From a virus (lineage: Duplodnaviria > Caudoviricetes), in the IMG/VR virus record IMGVR_UViG_3300043395_001073, positions 1 through 24,371 of that record: DNA of 24,371 nucleotides. One strand, given 5' to 3'. Below the pieces are notes generated by a model, which did not search any database, was not told the DNA's origin, and worked only from the letters and a program-made list of their open reading frames with translations. Position numbers and translations under genes: made by a program. Shown in pieces: positions 11,701-19,527 of the stretch (the first letter of the stretch is position 1; each line of letters opens with the position of its first letter).

Positions 11701-14700
11701 GAGTGATATGAATTTCCAATTACATATGGAAATTCTGGTTGTCTATAGAATTTAAATGGTCCACTATTCGCAAGATTTCCAACGGTACAAAAATATGCAT
11801 AAGTTCCATATGGATATTCCGGAGTTACACAAAATCTTCCGTTGTGCTCATCAAGATCTCCACTTGCATCATAAACATAATCCTCTACAAAGAATCCTTC
11901 TGGATATTGAGATGGTCTAACGGAACTAGAAGATAGAATATAACTAGACTCCATCCGCTTAATTGCGCTTGGAGATGATGGATTTGAATAACCATATGGT
12001 CCATAGATTGGATTTCCGTCATATGCCCAACCAACAATTGGGGAGTGTGCGGTGGAATTTTGCTCATATCCATTAGATCCAATAGTAAGATCTTGTGTAT
12101 ATGTTAATTGTCCCGCAACAAATGATTCTGAAAGAACACTTCTCCTTAGCGATCTTGGTAAATATGCATGGCAATACTGCAATCCATACTCAACATTAAG
12201 ACCGGAATCGATAATTCCATCATCATCTGAAATATTTTGTTTTTCAATCAACCTCTTAACAATATTAATTGTCCAGGATTTGATTAAAGCTTGGAATTTT
12301 GCACCAGACCCCGTGGTTGCAACTAGAATTGATGTATCATTTTGCAAGTATCCTGCGCCAGGATTTACAATAATTACATCAACAATCTGTCCATTTTCTA
12401 CTACTGGAGTTAATAATGCACCAGATCCAGAATTTGATTGGATGGTTATGAGTGGGTTGGTATTATAATTTTTTCCTTTGTTTGCAATAATAACCTGAAC
12501 AATTTTTCCGTTAGAAATAATTGGAGAAATTTGGGCATTCAGACCAGTTTGAATCTGGAATTCTGGTTGCCTATTGTGATTGATAATATCTGCAGATCCA
12601 TAATTTGAACCTTGATTTGTAACAAACACGCCATTAATTTGACCCGCAAAGATCGGAACTAGATGTGCATCAAAATCTTGTCCAGATTCTGTAGATACAC
12701 CGATTCTACCCTTAATTGATAAGGTGATGGGTTCATAGTTAAATGTGTGTGTTCCGGAACCAGTAGAAGTTATGTCAACATATTTCTTAGATGTGTAGAA
12801 GAATTGTTTAGTAGTATCCCCAACCCCAACTGCAGATAATCTGAACTGCGAATCATTTAATTTTGTTACATAATAAGATGAACCGGATGTTAATCCACCA
12901 ACAGTAGTTCCTGTCGTTGTGTAATATAATACATCACCGCTAGAATATCCATGAGAATTGATGTTAAAAATGTCAGCAGTTGTGTCAACATCTGCCGGTA
13001 GAAAGTCAACCTGTCTTGTTTTGTATCCAGAACCTGGATTTGAGATTGAAATTGATCCAATCTTTTTCTTCTTGGATACGGATTTAAACTCTTGAATACC
13101 ATATCCATACGAGCTCAACGAAATTGTATTAATCCCAGCAGATGCGTCGGATATGGATTTGTGCAATCTAATCTTAGTTCCGTTGTGTCCTGATGGGAAT
13201 GAAATAAAATATGTTCCATTTGTAGTCAATCCACTTATAACCTGTTGTTGTAGCGGATTATAAATTACACTATCCCCATTCCGGAATCCGTGATATGTTG
13301 AAAACCCAATTGTATTTGTGCTCAGGTTAACATCAGATGTTGATTGTGAGTTGAATCTGACAATATGATCAAAGTCAATCAAGTTGGCAATTGCTAATGC
13401 TCCAGATCCACCACCACCAGAAAGTTCAATTATTGGATTTTCAACATAATCAAATCCCGGATCTTCAATATCAATTCTCTGCAAAGAACCTTCAATTGAT
13501 AAGTGCCCCGTTGCACCAACACCAATCGCATCACTAATAATTAATTTTGGTGGGTTGATAATATCGTATCCACTACCGGGTGCTGTCGGAACAACCGATT
13601 CAATTGGTCCATGATAGACAAAATTTGTCGATTTATAATTGAGAATTTCCACACCGTTGATGAACATTCCAATTTGACCGGATTTTGTTACATTATCGGC
13701 CGCGGAAAATATTGGTGTGGAGAATTTTCTAATTAGTTTTTGAGATTCTAGATTTTGTCTATCTAGATTTCTGAATGAATATGCACTAAGCTCAATTGTG
13801 CTTTCATATCCAGGATTAATTGTACCATTAAATGAAATATAAAAACTATCATCTCCAGTAATATCTGCATTAAAGATATTATCTCTAGATTTTGAGAGAC
13901 GAATTGATCTAGAAGAAACTACCTTTACAAAATAAATCCCCTCATCTGTAATAGAATTGTCTTCGTTATATGGTCTGTAGATTACAGAATCGCCAGTATA
14001 GAATGAGTGGTCAGTCGCAAAGACCAAATCCTTCCCATTAAATGTTCCGGAGAAAGATACTGATACTTCATTAATATTTAAATCCTGTGCATAATATGTT
14101 GGGATAGATGATGCTGCAACATAAATCTCATTCTTATCAGTCTCACTACAGTATACATTTTGTACGTTTGTTGTGTACTTTAAGATGCTGGAATACTTTT
14201 CAGAATCTCTTACTGATGGCTTAAGTAAATCTTTTTTAATATACGATAGAAAATCCTTGTTGGGAATGACACTTCCCTGAGTTACAAGGAATGTTTTTTT
14301 GTTTCGAATTTCAGATACTACACCACCACTAAAAGTATCACCATTTGACGCAACAAAAGTTACATTATTTCCGATGTAGAATGTGTGTTCATCCTTGGTT
14401 GTTACTGTATAGATGAAAGATGATCCTGAAGGATCTGATATTGATTCAATATCATAAATTGTTGGAATGTTGAAAAACCAATTATTTGCCTTATCAGTTG
14501 TTAGATCTTCACCAAGAGTTTTGATGAATATTCTATCACCTTTCGACATTTCAACAGGAGTTTCTGCTGGAAATACTAAATTGGATATGACACCATTAAC
14601 TCTTAATTCAACTCTCTCCCTCTCAACGCCAGCAAATCCATAAACATAGATTTCTTGATCGTTTACTGCATGTAATTTGATTTCTCTACCACTCTCAAAT

Positions 14701-15815
14701 GAATCTTCTACACCAGTACATCCATAGAACTGAGTTGATGATTTGGACGTGTAATCAACATAGAGAATTGTTCCATTTTCAAGGTCAATACGAAGAGTAC
14801 CTGCGGACGGGAAAGAAACTGTAGAATCAACATCTAATGTTGTGGCACCAACAGTTACGTCTGTTATATTCTTTGTTTTTGGATGAACTGTAAACTTACC
14901 GGCAATAGTACCGCTGGTGAGGTTAATGTCCCTGTTGTAGTCAGAGTCTAGACTTAGAACATAAAACTCTCTATCTCCTCTCAGGATCCTCTCTACGGCC
15001 GTTACAGCACCACTCGCTCTGAAGATAAAGTCAGAGGTCTCATCTTGGTATATGGTGGCATTTACAAGCTTCTCAGGGTCTCCTGAGACTGCTTCCACTA
15101 CCAGATCATTTGTGATACGATACTCTGCATCAGATGGTTCAATTAGGAAGTCTCTGGGGCGAATTAGTTCAACATTCTTACCATAGAGAGCACCAAAAAG
15201 AATCTTAAATGATGTCGCTGTACCCTTCGAAGAATAAAAGTCCTTGGTGCGAGATAGGAATATCTCATCATTCAAACCATCATATAGTTCCCTGTTTGTG
15301 AAACCAGATGCAATCTGTGCTTTAATCTTAGTTAGGAACTGCTTTAAGAATAGAACACTTAGATTTTTTACTTCTACACCAGAAGTATGTGCTGCTGCTT
15401 GAGTCTCAGAAAATACTAGTTGATCGGGAACGTTAGATTCTAAAGAGGAAACACCACTAAATCCGCGTGTGCATCCATAGAAATGATCACTCTCTTTGCC
15501 CTCATAGAGAATGATTTCGTCGTCAATTTGAATCAGTCCATTATACTGAACAAATCCACCCGTGTTAGAAACGTAAATTTTATCACCGGAAATAGACAAA
15601 TCCGATGATAGGGTTGTGCCCTCAGTAATATTCGATACTGCATCCAAAGATACATACTTATCAATATTATGGAGAAGATCTAGTGGTCCTCCAGAATATT
15701 CATTCGATATGTAATACTGTCTGAGAAATTCCTCAGCATATGGAAATTCTGTCTTGATAAAGTCGGGGAGTTGACTTTCAAGGATGGAGCTTATCTTAAC
15801 TCTAGTATCGTTCAT
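2718..15815 (-). CDS. gp7: giant baseplate wedge initiator (gp7-like) multidomain structural protein
   Basis: 4365 aa between gp6 and gp8; N-terminal QLPDFIKTEFP...FLRQYY and KDFYSSKGT..SFKILF..LYG, internal IHDSDYYQYFSYSLKS...HTSGFKKFSD, many GSGY repeats; Ser/Thr/Gly-rich beta-type composition. Confidence 0.8.
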   Translation of the reverse strand: MNDTRVKISSILESQLPDFIKTEFPYAEEFLRQYYISNEYSGGPLDLLHNIDKYVSLDAVSNITEGTTLSSDLSISGDKIYVSNTGGFVQYNGLIQIDDEIILYEGKESDHFYGCTRGFSGVSSLESNVPDQLVFSETQAAAHTSGVEVKNLSVLFLKQFLTKIKAQIASGFTNRELYDGLNDEIFLSRTKDFYSSKGTATSFKILFGALYGKNVELIRPRDFLIEPSDAEYRITNDLVVEAVSGDPEKLVNATIYQDETSDFIFRASGAVTAVERILRGDREFYVLSLDSDYNRDINLTSGTIAGKFTVHPKTKNITDVTVGATTLDVDSTVSFPSAGTLRIDLENGTILYVDYTSKSSTQFYGCTGVEDSFESGREIKLHAVNDQEIYVYGFAGVERERVELRVNGVISNLVFPAETPVEMSKGDRIFIKTLGEDLTTDKANNWFFNIPTIYDIESISDPSGSSFIYTVTTKDEHTFYIGNNVTFVASNGDTFSGGVVSEIRNKKTFLVTQGSVIPNKDFLSYIKKDLLKPSVRDSEKYSSILKYTTNVQNVYCSETDKNEIYVAASSIPTYYAQDLNINEVSVSFSGTFNGKDLVFATDHSFYTGDSVIYRPYNEDNSITDEGIYFVKVVSSRSIRLSKSRDNIFNADITGDDSFYISFNGTINPGYESTIELSAYSFRNLDRQNLESQKLIRKFSTPIFSAADNVTKSGQIGMFINGVEILNYKSTNFVYHGPIESVVPTAPGSGYDIINPPKLIISDAIGVGATGHLSIEGSLQRIDIEDPGFDYVENPIIELSGGGGSGALAIANLIDFDHIVRFNSQSTSDVNLSTNTIGFSTYHGFRNGDSVIYNPLQQQVISGLTTNGTYFISFPSGHNGTKIRLHKSISDASAGINTISLSSYGYGIQEFKSVSKKKKIGSISISNPGSGYKTRQVDFLPADVDTTADIFNINSHGYSSGDVLYYTTTGTTVGGLTSGSSYYVTKLNDSQFRLSAVGVGDTTKQFFYTSKKYVDITSTGSGTHTFNYEPITLSIKGRIGVSTESGQDFDAHLVPIFAGQINGVFVTNQGSNYGSADIINHNRQPEFQIQTGLNAQISPIISNGKIVQVIIANKGKNYNTNPLITIQSNSGSGALLTPVVENGQIVDVIIVNPGAGYLQNDTSILVATTGSGAKFQALIKSWTINIVKRLIEKQNISDDDGIIDSGLNVEYGLQYCHAYLPRSLRRSVLSESFVAGQLTYTQDLTIGSNGYEQNSTAHSPIVGWAYDGNPIYGPYGYSNPSSPSAIKRMESSYILSSSSVRPSQYPEGFFVEDYVYDASGDLDEHNGRFCVTPEYPYGTYAYFCTVGNLANSGPFKFYRQPEFPYVIGNSYHSEPITFNYIASSNQDSFDINENRLLRNTTPYHILEENSRYEFIPTLDVIRSAFAKVEYIGSGKIDSISIIDGGSGYSPNQELIFDESGSGGSGAAAHIEKVYGKNVTQVSTASTTINNIQFIKSEGRVPYTYVGFSTTIHNLTNLDEVQIDIEGESTSFDVIRYDENRLFLTTQSDTTSVSGIVTYLNVVGNLKYPTIKENDIYQFGPEQVKILNVDPFSQRIRVLRNQNGTVGVASLPVGFALTERSKKFGVTFGISTSYSQNLHRQYYFKPIETVGLGTTAGVGINSTLKFSSPGAGITQITIPTRTVYLPGHNLITGDKVVYSTNGGDGIVVRHDPGITTSILASGTDLYVAKLSNDLIGLSTVRVGLNSVGTYVGTGLTASGLLYFTGIGTGVYHSLFKSYDDSLEGSITKRVVTVSTAQTHGLNIGDKIDLSVVSGVTTNVVIKYNATHNRMIANPIDFVADDVDTVTNEITVPNHGFVTSQKVIHDSLSPSGGLINDAIYYVIVVTNNKIKLADTIYNSTNNIAVDITSADIGTLSPINPPLTVTSNGVIEFDLSDSSLAYYLGLSQLSAFDFNLYRDNQLENNFDSTQTTSEFEVEYSGAVGVDIDAKCTLKLNNDVPKTLYYSLETINITDNTLTKIPVEIDDEVAGNNTISVVNSLYNGSYAIKDTPTTSSFVFNIQGSPENNAYTSTSSFIRYATNAATGIGSIASIRLDSDGKNYKRIPKIDSIDSSGIDSNLVVVGDEIGSLRKTTLSNIGYDYSSDLSLRPTTVLPNTLRVNTAYTFTSVGISSAGRNYTLAPNFVVLDTKTGLHLDEVELGYTLGNTKVNIINNTTRLYGEPQIIPVDNIIGTKIRTITYDSLTKDVVVSLASTYSLISQFPFAVGKKVLIENTSVGITTEDRDGNVITTSTGLGYNSANYNYSLFTITSVDPDLGGPDPSITYNLADHLPESTSPGFFNPSISYGKVVLEDDFPILNWTLEKGQFSVGESVKASNNVGTVIYWDSKNNILKVAGTKNFEVGETIVSTVSGLESIILDVKSYNSNFNIDSASTVTKGWNTNTGFLNDPIQRIHDSDYYQYFSYSLKSEIELSKWDDAVSNLNHTSGFKKFSDLVVESSLGLDISSGVNTSQDYGDVSIMADLASVVDTNTVYDFDLATETVLNFDNTIKSDQILFKTRIIQDYIEAIGNRALIVDDISDEFTVAAGIQNYGVADQYSTATRIKKYAMWVGDRSQNYSNQRQIQLVTALDYNGSGYINQFGKVWSFEDLGDYDYRFIDNNNEILFYPIKSELNDYEMSGLSFSLTDSTSSTNFYGLGCASLRSTTTSLASGIGAGTTNTVVGIASTYRAIKCHIAISNTTKTYHEYTEVNVLHNDTDISILEYNKLSTSNDPAFTGLGTFTANLSPSGLDLWFVPNTTTSEIYDFNVDVVQISASNTSIGSTIFPGATLASSYTSIASTTVATKISEYSEVYGGAYFIVAIHDTTNSQYQLSEVLLTTDDVDAQILEFASMYTGSSLGTISAGITTATELTFTPSSGINVDVRVLQFALGPVRSGISENTINLGSVGSLEFSNGTFQGTELARKKEFELYNDGYPIFEKTINPSEVISLTNSTLFLPNHFFVSGEKVIYDTGLGGQPIGIATTTITGIGLTNKLPSTFYVIKSDDTVFQAAGTVEDALNNEYLTLTSVGVGTEHVITSTSQNSKCIITLDNVIQSPVVSTAVTTSLNIGVGVAEEVLNFVGITSFFAGDLVKVDNEIVIIRSIGYLGTQNDILVRRAQLGSSVSAHSAGAMIRKVYGNYNIVGNTIHFAETPYGNLQLSGTRSDEQDYFGLDVRSSFSGRVFLRSGVPGGSQEPYSTNVIFDDLSTGFNGITSQFSLKSNQSNITGISTSNAIVLLNSVFQSPQNIDYKLTEVSGITSITFTGDKTASNYDVNNTSLPRGGSIVSVATTEGFGYQTRVSAGATVKVSVGGTIQTISIGNTGGGYRGSSEYEIVAVVNHPVGVGSTVIYLANTEAVLNKLAYSTSNRISVGTALTNVSIVSVGNTFIRVGVGSGPSTAISAGTYAHIELLAPTVGLVNISVAQTDINNREFIGFTTVVSGRVSKNCVITNPGSGYTDTNRPIVIIDEPLPYSNIPLKYSSSSAVIGIGTETLIELTVGSGSSVASFDILNAGYAYGNGEILTVPIGGLTGIPTDVTKPFREFQLTVESIGVDDFVGWTIGDLQVLDSINSLFNNVDVTFPLAFNGERTSIRARIGSNVREDALLLVFINNVLQVPGDAYEFDGGSTITFSLPPRFGDRCSILFYRGTSDVDTIDVEVLDTIKVGDRVTLNDSNILYQEDPRLVTDVVATDAVATNIYFGSGINPDETYERPLSWTRQTEDIILDGEEIGKDRELYEANIFPTATVIKDFTNTSTEIFVDNVKTFFDHNREYPTVLEKNQDDIIVHENKNVVSAAATCTVSAGGSITAITITNGGVGYNDDTTHTISFGVSSGITSTSRATGTVGVTTSGSVTSLNITNAGDGYSIAAVESISILSNGTGWTNTGATYTFSNVRVKNRTGTGVNALVDITIINGDVIDVELSANGSGYVVNDQLYVDVVSFEGTNVVLSSPLQLLVTSISAPPVLINDPVIDNEFMSVSYQGDFGIISGIKTTSYAGVTTGLVFDFVIPKNSFLRNTYVSGSVGVATTGVSGIQTGYYFRVSNSNVGNKVISLESDNTPIGIGTTFFDNIFKAEAVSIAQTHAVGLGLTWVARVTTKVDSYANFIGLGHSNFFGEYSWGRLYDLQRVGGSSFGAYRGENLITYSEFEQGWAQTGTITVSYDQDAPFTSTLGATIISTSADTGLTTTTRSLTSGTNYTYSIYVKPISGSQKIYFGSNSGTSVAVNLNFDVAVPTITNKTGTTFNETLIPQENGWYRASFTFSAGATAAHNFIVYNAISLNTFAVWGAQVESGVNLTPYSKVAHTSVIRNTAVTDQNSYPIIRRFNNLRYKGYVI

Positions 15816-15818
15816 TGC

Positions 15819-17723
15819 TTATAGTCTTACGAGAGCACCGTTTGCGTAGCTTGAGGTAATTTGATATGTTGTTCCAGAAATATCTGATCCAGAACTAATA
15901 GGATCTGCCATCATAGTGACAGAAGTATTATTAATATCTAGCTGCAAATATAAGTCCTGTAATCCGATCACATCATTTGATTTTGGTGTGACAGAAATTT
16001 GGACAATTGAATCTGCAGAGTCGAATTTTGCAGTCTCAATAATATTTAACGGATATAAAAGAATCTCACCTTTTTCATAATCAATAGATCCAGCATTACT
16101 TCTAACTATGGTTGCAGAAGAACCTTCCAATTTGAAAAATACAATCTTACCAGTCTTGAGATCTGCGTTTGGAATATCAGTCAAGTATACAAAACTTGAT
16201 ACTCCACTAATTTTAAATCCAGAAGATTTTACATTATATCCATCAACGTTCTTTACATGGAATGCATTACCATAACAGATTTCATAATCAGCAAATTTGC
16301 CTAGAGCAACTCTTAAGTCTCTTCTCATAGCAACAGTAGTGATGTTTGATGTAACTGATGCATCACTATCATCAACAATCTTGAGGAACTTAGAATACTT
16401 GAATCTTGCACCATAACGATTCAGTTCCGAAGAATCTGCATATCTTGAGATATTATTTACGATCTTGGTGCGAACTGCATTTACACTCAAACTGGTATTA
16501 GTGTTGTAGTATGCTGTGGTGTCAAGTTCAACATAGATGTACTTCAGGTCAAGAATTTCTGGAACAATACCTGCAACAGAATACTTTCTAAGTGTTCTCT
16601 TCAGATTATCCTTAATCGAAGATGGAACATATGAACCATTAATAGGTTTGATTGTAATGAAGACTTTTCCGAACTGTGGTGGATTCAGATCTTCACCACC
16701 AAATACCGAAATAGATTCTGTTTCTGGGAAGATGATTGGAATGATGGATTCATAATCAGTTGCTGTTACTGCTCTGTTGTATGCCTCATAAATCTTGGGA
16801 GCATACTTACGAATTGATTCTGTACTCTCAATATCAGTACCAAATCTTGATACGGTATCTGCAGTAAGATTTGAAATGCCGCTAGAAATTACAGTATCGT
16901 TATTGTCTACAAGTCTGCCATTAAATGTAAATCCAGCAACACCATTTCCATCTGGACCATTTGAAATATGATATGTGATTACAATACGACTGGTGTTCTC
17001 TAACTTATATCCAAAGATTCCATCACCAAAGATTATTTCATATCTTTCATCTGCAATTTCCTGCAAGAAATAAACTCTGGAATCTGGTCTAACGTCAATT
17101 AAGTTATTTGAAAGTCTGTAATTAATACCAATATTTGAACCTGGTGCAAAAACAGTTACGCGAATAAGTGATGTATCAACACCAATATTATCCAGAAGGA
17201 ATCTTTGATTCGGATCATTCTCATCTACAGTATATTCTGCAGTTACATATGATCCTTCATAGACATAAACGTTGGAGAAAGTTGCCACTCCGTTGACCAC
17301 AGGAACCGTCACATCATCCTGAATGGCAAAGGTATAACTCTGACCACCGAAACGGGCGTTAGAGGTGCATACAAGACCCTTTCTGAGGGTTATTGTATTG
17401 GGATCGTTGGAATATCCGGTCGTATCTACAGTAAATGATATTGCTGCTCGTGCTGCTCTTCTTGATCTTGGAAGATATCCAATATGCTTTGCTAGTGAAA
17501 CAACATTTTCCCTTAGTGTTGCACTATCAATAAACACCTCATTACTCAACATATTTGCATTATATGATGAGATGTAGGTATTATATGCAAGAACGTCTAC
17601 GATAGTTGCCAGATTGGATCCTTCAAAATCATAGTCGGAAAAATCCGAGTTAGATCTCAAATATTCGATAATTTGGGATTTTATCTGGTCAAAATCCAGA
17701 TTTGTGAAATTTACTAGTGCCAT
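15819..17723 (-). CDS. gp6: baseplate wedge subunit gp6
   Basis: 634 aa; LDFDQIK..I.EYLRSNSDFSDYDFEGSNL..IVDVLAYNTY, EVFIDSATLRENVVSLAK.IGY.PRS, RAVTATDYE and GKVFITIKP are gp6 hallmarks. Confidence 0.93.
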   Translation of the reverse strand: MALVNFTNLDFDQIKSQIIEYLRSNSDFSDYDFEGSNLATIVDVLAYNTYISSYNANMLSNEVFIDSATLRENVVSLAKHIGYLPRSRRAARAAISFTVDTTGYSNDPNTITLRKGLVCTSNARFGGQSYTFAIQDDVTVPVVNGVATFSNVYVYEGSYVTAEYTVDENDPNQRFLLDNIGVDTSLIRVTVFAPGSNIGINYRLSNNLIDVRPDSRVYFLQEIADERYEIIFGDGIFGYKLENTSRIVITYHISNGPDGNGVAGFTFNGRLVDNNDTVISSGISNLTADTVSRFGTDIESTESIRKYAPKIYEAYNRAVTATDYESIIPIIFPETESISVFGGEDLNPPQFGKVFITIKPINGSYVPSSIKDNLKRTLRKYSVAGIVPEILDLKYIYVELDTTAYYNTNTSLSVNAVRTKIVNNISRYADSSELNRYGARFKYSKFLKIVDDSDASVTSNITTVAMRRDLRVALGKFADYEICYGNAFHVKNVDGYNVKSSGFKISGVSSFVYLTDIPNADLKTGKIVFFKLEGSSATIVRSNAGSIDYEKGEILLYPLNIIETAKFDSADSIVQISVTPKSNDVIGLQDLYLQLDINNTSVTMMADPISSGSDISGTTYQITSSYANGALVRL

Positions 17724-18125
17724 TTATCGTGTTGGCTGTAGTGCAAAGGTTAATTGTTGCGCTGGAACGTCAATTCCAACTATTTCATATGTGATTGTAA
17801 CGTCAAATTGGTTATTATCGTAGTCAGGAACTACAACAACTTCATCCAATCGAACTCTTGGTTCGTAAGTGTTGATCGTATCCTCAATTTCCTGCTGAAT
17901 GTATGCAGCAGTCATCTCATCCATGTTCTCAAAAAGGGCGGCACTAACTCTAGAACCCAATCCCTCATTAAAAAACCGCTCTCCGGGAAGAGTAAGAACA
18001 AGATTTCGCACAGAACGTGCGATTGCACTCTCATTTTTAAGTCCAATTAGGTCGCGATTGACCGGATTGGATAAAAATGACATGCTTAAATCTTTAAAAC
18101 CCTTACTAACCCTTTGAACCGGCAT
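17724..18125 (-). CDS. gp25: baseplate wedge subunit gp25
   Basis: 133 aa; FKDLSMSF..NPV, AIARSVRNLVLTLPGERFF, GS.V...LFE, YEPRV motifs of the gp25/GPW family. Confidence 0.93.
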   Translation of the reverse strand: MPVQRVSKGFKDLSMSFLSNPVNRDLIGLKNESAIARSVRNLVLTLPGERFFNEGLGSRVSAALFENMDEMTAAYIQQEIEDTINTYEPRVRLDEVVVVPDYDNNQFDVTITYEIVGIDVPAQQLTFALQPTR

Positions 18126-18146
18126 GTACAGATACGAAATCTGTCT

Positions 18147-18154
18147 TATTTATC
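18147..18154 (-). promoter_or_regulatory. T4-type late promoter-like box (GATAAATA) upstream of gp25
   Basis: Minus-strand ATAAATA about 21 nt upstream of the gp25 ATG. Confidence 0.65.
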
Positions 18155-18161
18155 TCCGTTT

Positions 18162-18449
18162 TTATGACCAATTTTGGGGTCCATAGATCGCTTCTGTTCC
18201 ATAATCCCAGTCATCATAATCTTCATCATTACGAATTCGCTCATGAAGGTCATTCTGAGTTTTAAAATCGTGTTTTTTGGGTGTTTGGTCGTCTTCGTTG
18301 ATTTCTCTTAGCATTCTTGCCTTATGAAAACCAGATCCATGAGCAAAATGATTGCCCTGAAGAGTCTGTTCATGTGCTTCCAAGTCCTGAATTTGATTCA
18401 ATTCGTCTTCTGACCACATTAAATGCATTCGTTCGCTGTCTTTAGACAT
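18162..18449 (-). CDS. hypothetical protein with acidic C-terminus (DEDYDDWDYGTE)
   Basis: 95 aa ORF; AGGTGAG RBS-like sequence and TTAAATA box upstream; fits the gap between the terminator and gp25. Confidence 0.75.
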   Translation of the reverse strand: MSKDSERMHLMWSEDELNQIQDLEAHEQTLQGNHFAHGSGFHKARMLREINEDDQTPKKHDFKTQNDLHERIRNDEDYDDWDYGTEAIYGPQNWS

Positions 18450-18470
18450 GATTTCTCACCTATTTTTACT

Positions 18471-18477
18471 TATTTAA
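18471..18477 (-). promoter_or_regulatory. late promoter-like box (TTAAATA)
   Basis: TAAATA core 21 nt upstream of the ATG at 18449, just downstream of a terminator. Confidence 0.55.
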
Positions 18478-18489
18478 CAGATTAGCATT

Positions 18490-18511
18490 AAAAAACCGGG
18501 TTTCCCCGGTT
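18490..18511 (-). terminator. rho-independent terminator
   Basis: Minus strand AACCGGG-GAAA-CCCGGTT followed by a T run; starts 7 nt after the stop of the 47-aa basic ORF. Confidence 0.85.
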
Positions 18512-18518
18512 CATTTCA

Positions 18519-18662
18519 TCAACCACCTTGTCCGCGATATCGCTTTGCCTTACCATTTCGTGAGGTTGCACTCAGTTTTGTGTTAGGACCACGCCCTTGG
18601 CGAGACTTTTTTGGACGAGATTCGATTTTTTGACCACCAGTAAGCGAGGGACGTTTTGCCAT
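18519..18662 (-). CDS. small very basic protein (47 aa)
   Basis: Below ORF-track cutoff: MAKRPSLTGGQKIESRPKKSRQGRGPNTKLSATSRNGKAKRYRGQGG; AGGAG upstream and a terminator downstream; the ...SRN...KRYRGQG ending is familiar from small proteins near gp25 in T4-like cyanophages. Confidence 0.85.
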   Translation of the reverse strand: MAKRPSLTGGQKIESRPKKSRQGRGPNTKLSATSRNGKAKRYRGQGG

Positions 18663-18697
18663 AATGTAGAACTCCTATAGAAACGAGAAAAAATTAA

Positions 18698-19474
18698 TCA
18701 AATAATGCGAGTCTTTTCATGACCAACTCTGATACGAGGATCGCACCAGATCTCAAAGCCTTCTTCCTTGGCATCAAGACAGAAGGACACATCTTCTCCA
18801 CACATATCTTGAACTGCTCCGGACTCGAAGACTTGCATCTTGGGAGCAAACCAGGGGTATTCGAGATTCTCAAAGACACCCTTCTTAATCAGAACCCAAC
18901 CAAATCCTGTGTAATCAACTGTGAAGGGCTTCTTACGATTTGCCATGGTCTCCACGGTCTCATGATTCATGACTCCACCGTTGTTGCGGAAGTCTTCCTC
19001 TTCCAACCAGTGGGCAACTGAGGTTGTGTGACCATCTTCTGTTGCATACCATCCTGCGGTAATCTCACGTTCCGTGCCATCCTCAGAGAGTGCAAGATCG
19101 CACAGTTGCCAGAATTTTTCTGTGTTGAAGACAATATCACTATCAATCCAGAGTTGATAATCATAGGGAAGTTTTCCATCCCACGGAATCTGCTTAGGAC
19201 CGCGAAGGACGTTTGCGCCCAGACACTTACAACGTGCAAAGTTCACCATGGACGAGTAATCCTGAGAGATCTGAATGCTCAGACCGCTCTGTACCATATC
19301 AAAGCAGAGTTGTACAAATGCTTTGAGGAATGTAAATGAACAACCGCGTCCTGGCAGGCAAAACACGATAGTTTTTCCACGCATACGCTCTTTAATGGCT
19401 GCGTAGTCCCAGGAAGTCTCTGGCTTCGCAGACGGGGCAGGTGGTTTCGCCTTAACTCTAAATCCTTTTGCCAT
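18698..19474 (-). CDS. conserved phage protein with glycosyltransferase GT-A (family 2-like) motifs
   Basis: 258 aa; WIDSDIVF (DxD motif), TGFGWVLIKKGVFE, GEDVSFC, and C-terminal DPRIRVGHEK are typical GT-A signatures. Confidence 0.7.
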   Translation of the reverse strand: MAKGFRVKAKPPAPSAKPETSWDYAAIKERMRGKTIVFCLPGRGCSFTFLKAFVQLCFDMVQSGLSIQISQDYSSMVNFARCKCLGANVLRGPKQIPWDGKLPYDYQLWIDSDIVFNTEKFWQLCDLALSEDGTEREITAGWYATEDGHTTSVAHWLEEEDFRNNGGVMNHETVETMANRKKPFTVDYTGFGWVLIKKGVFENLEYPWFAPKMQVFESGAVQDMCGEDVSFCLDAKEEGFEIWCDPRIRVGHEKTRII

Positions 19475-19498
19475 AACTGTTAGTACACTTCAAGTTCA

Positions 19499-19527
19499 AT
19501 TGTATCGCTCTATTTAGCGTTTGTCAA
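19499..19527 (-). promoter_or_regulatory. sigma70-like promoter TTGACA-N17-TACAAT with a late box CTAAATA (19511-19517) nested in the spacer
   Basis: Perfect -35 (19522-19527), 17-nt spacer, -10 TACAAT (19499-19504), 24 nt upstream of the ATG at 19474. Confidence 0.75.

Noticed and set aside
2718-15815. Intein, intron or DGR target within the giant ORF
   Set aside because: Frame is uninterrupted; I saw no intein splice or LAGLIDADG motifs, no template/variable repeat pair and no reverse transcriptase (by-eye check only).
2842-19339. Plus-strand and alternate-frame ORFs overlapping gp7, gp6, gp25 and the GT-like gene
   Set aside because: Shadow ORFs of long real genes; no RBS or recognisable motifs.
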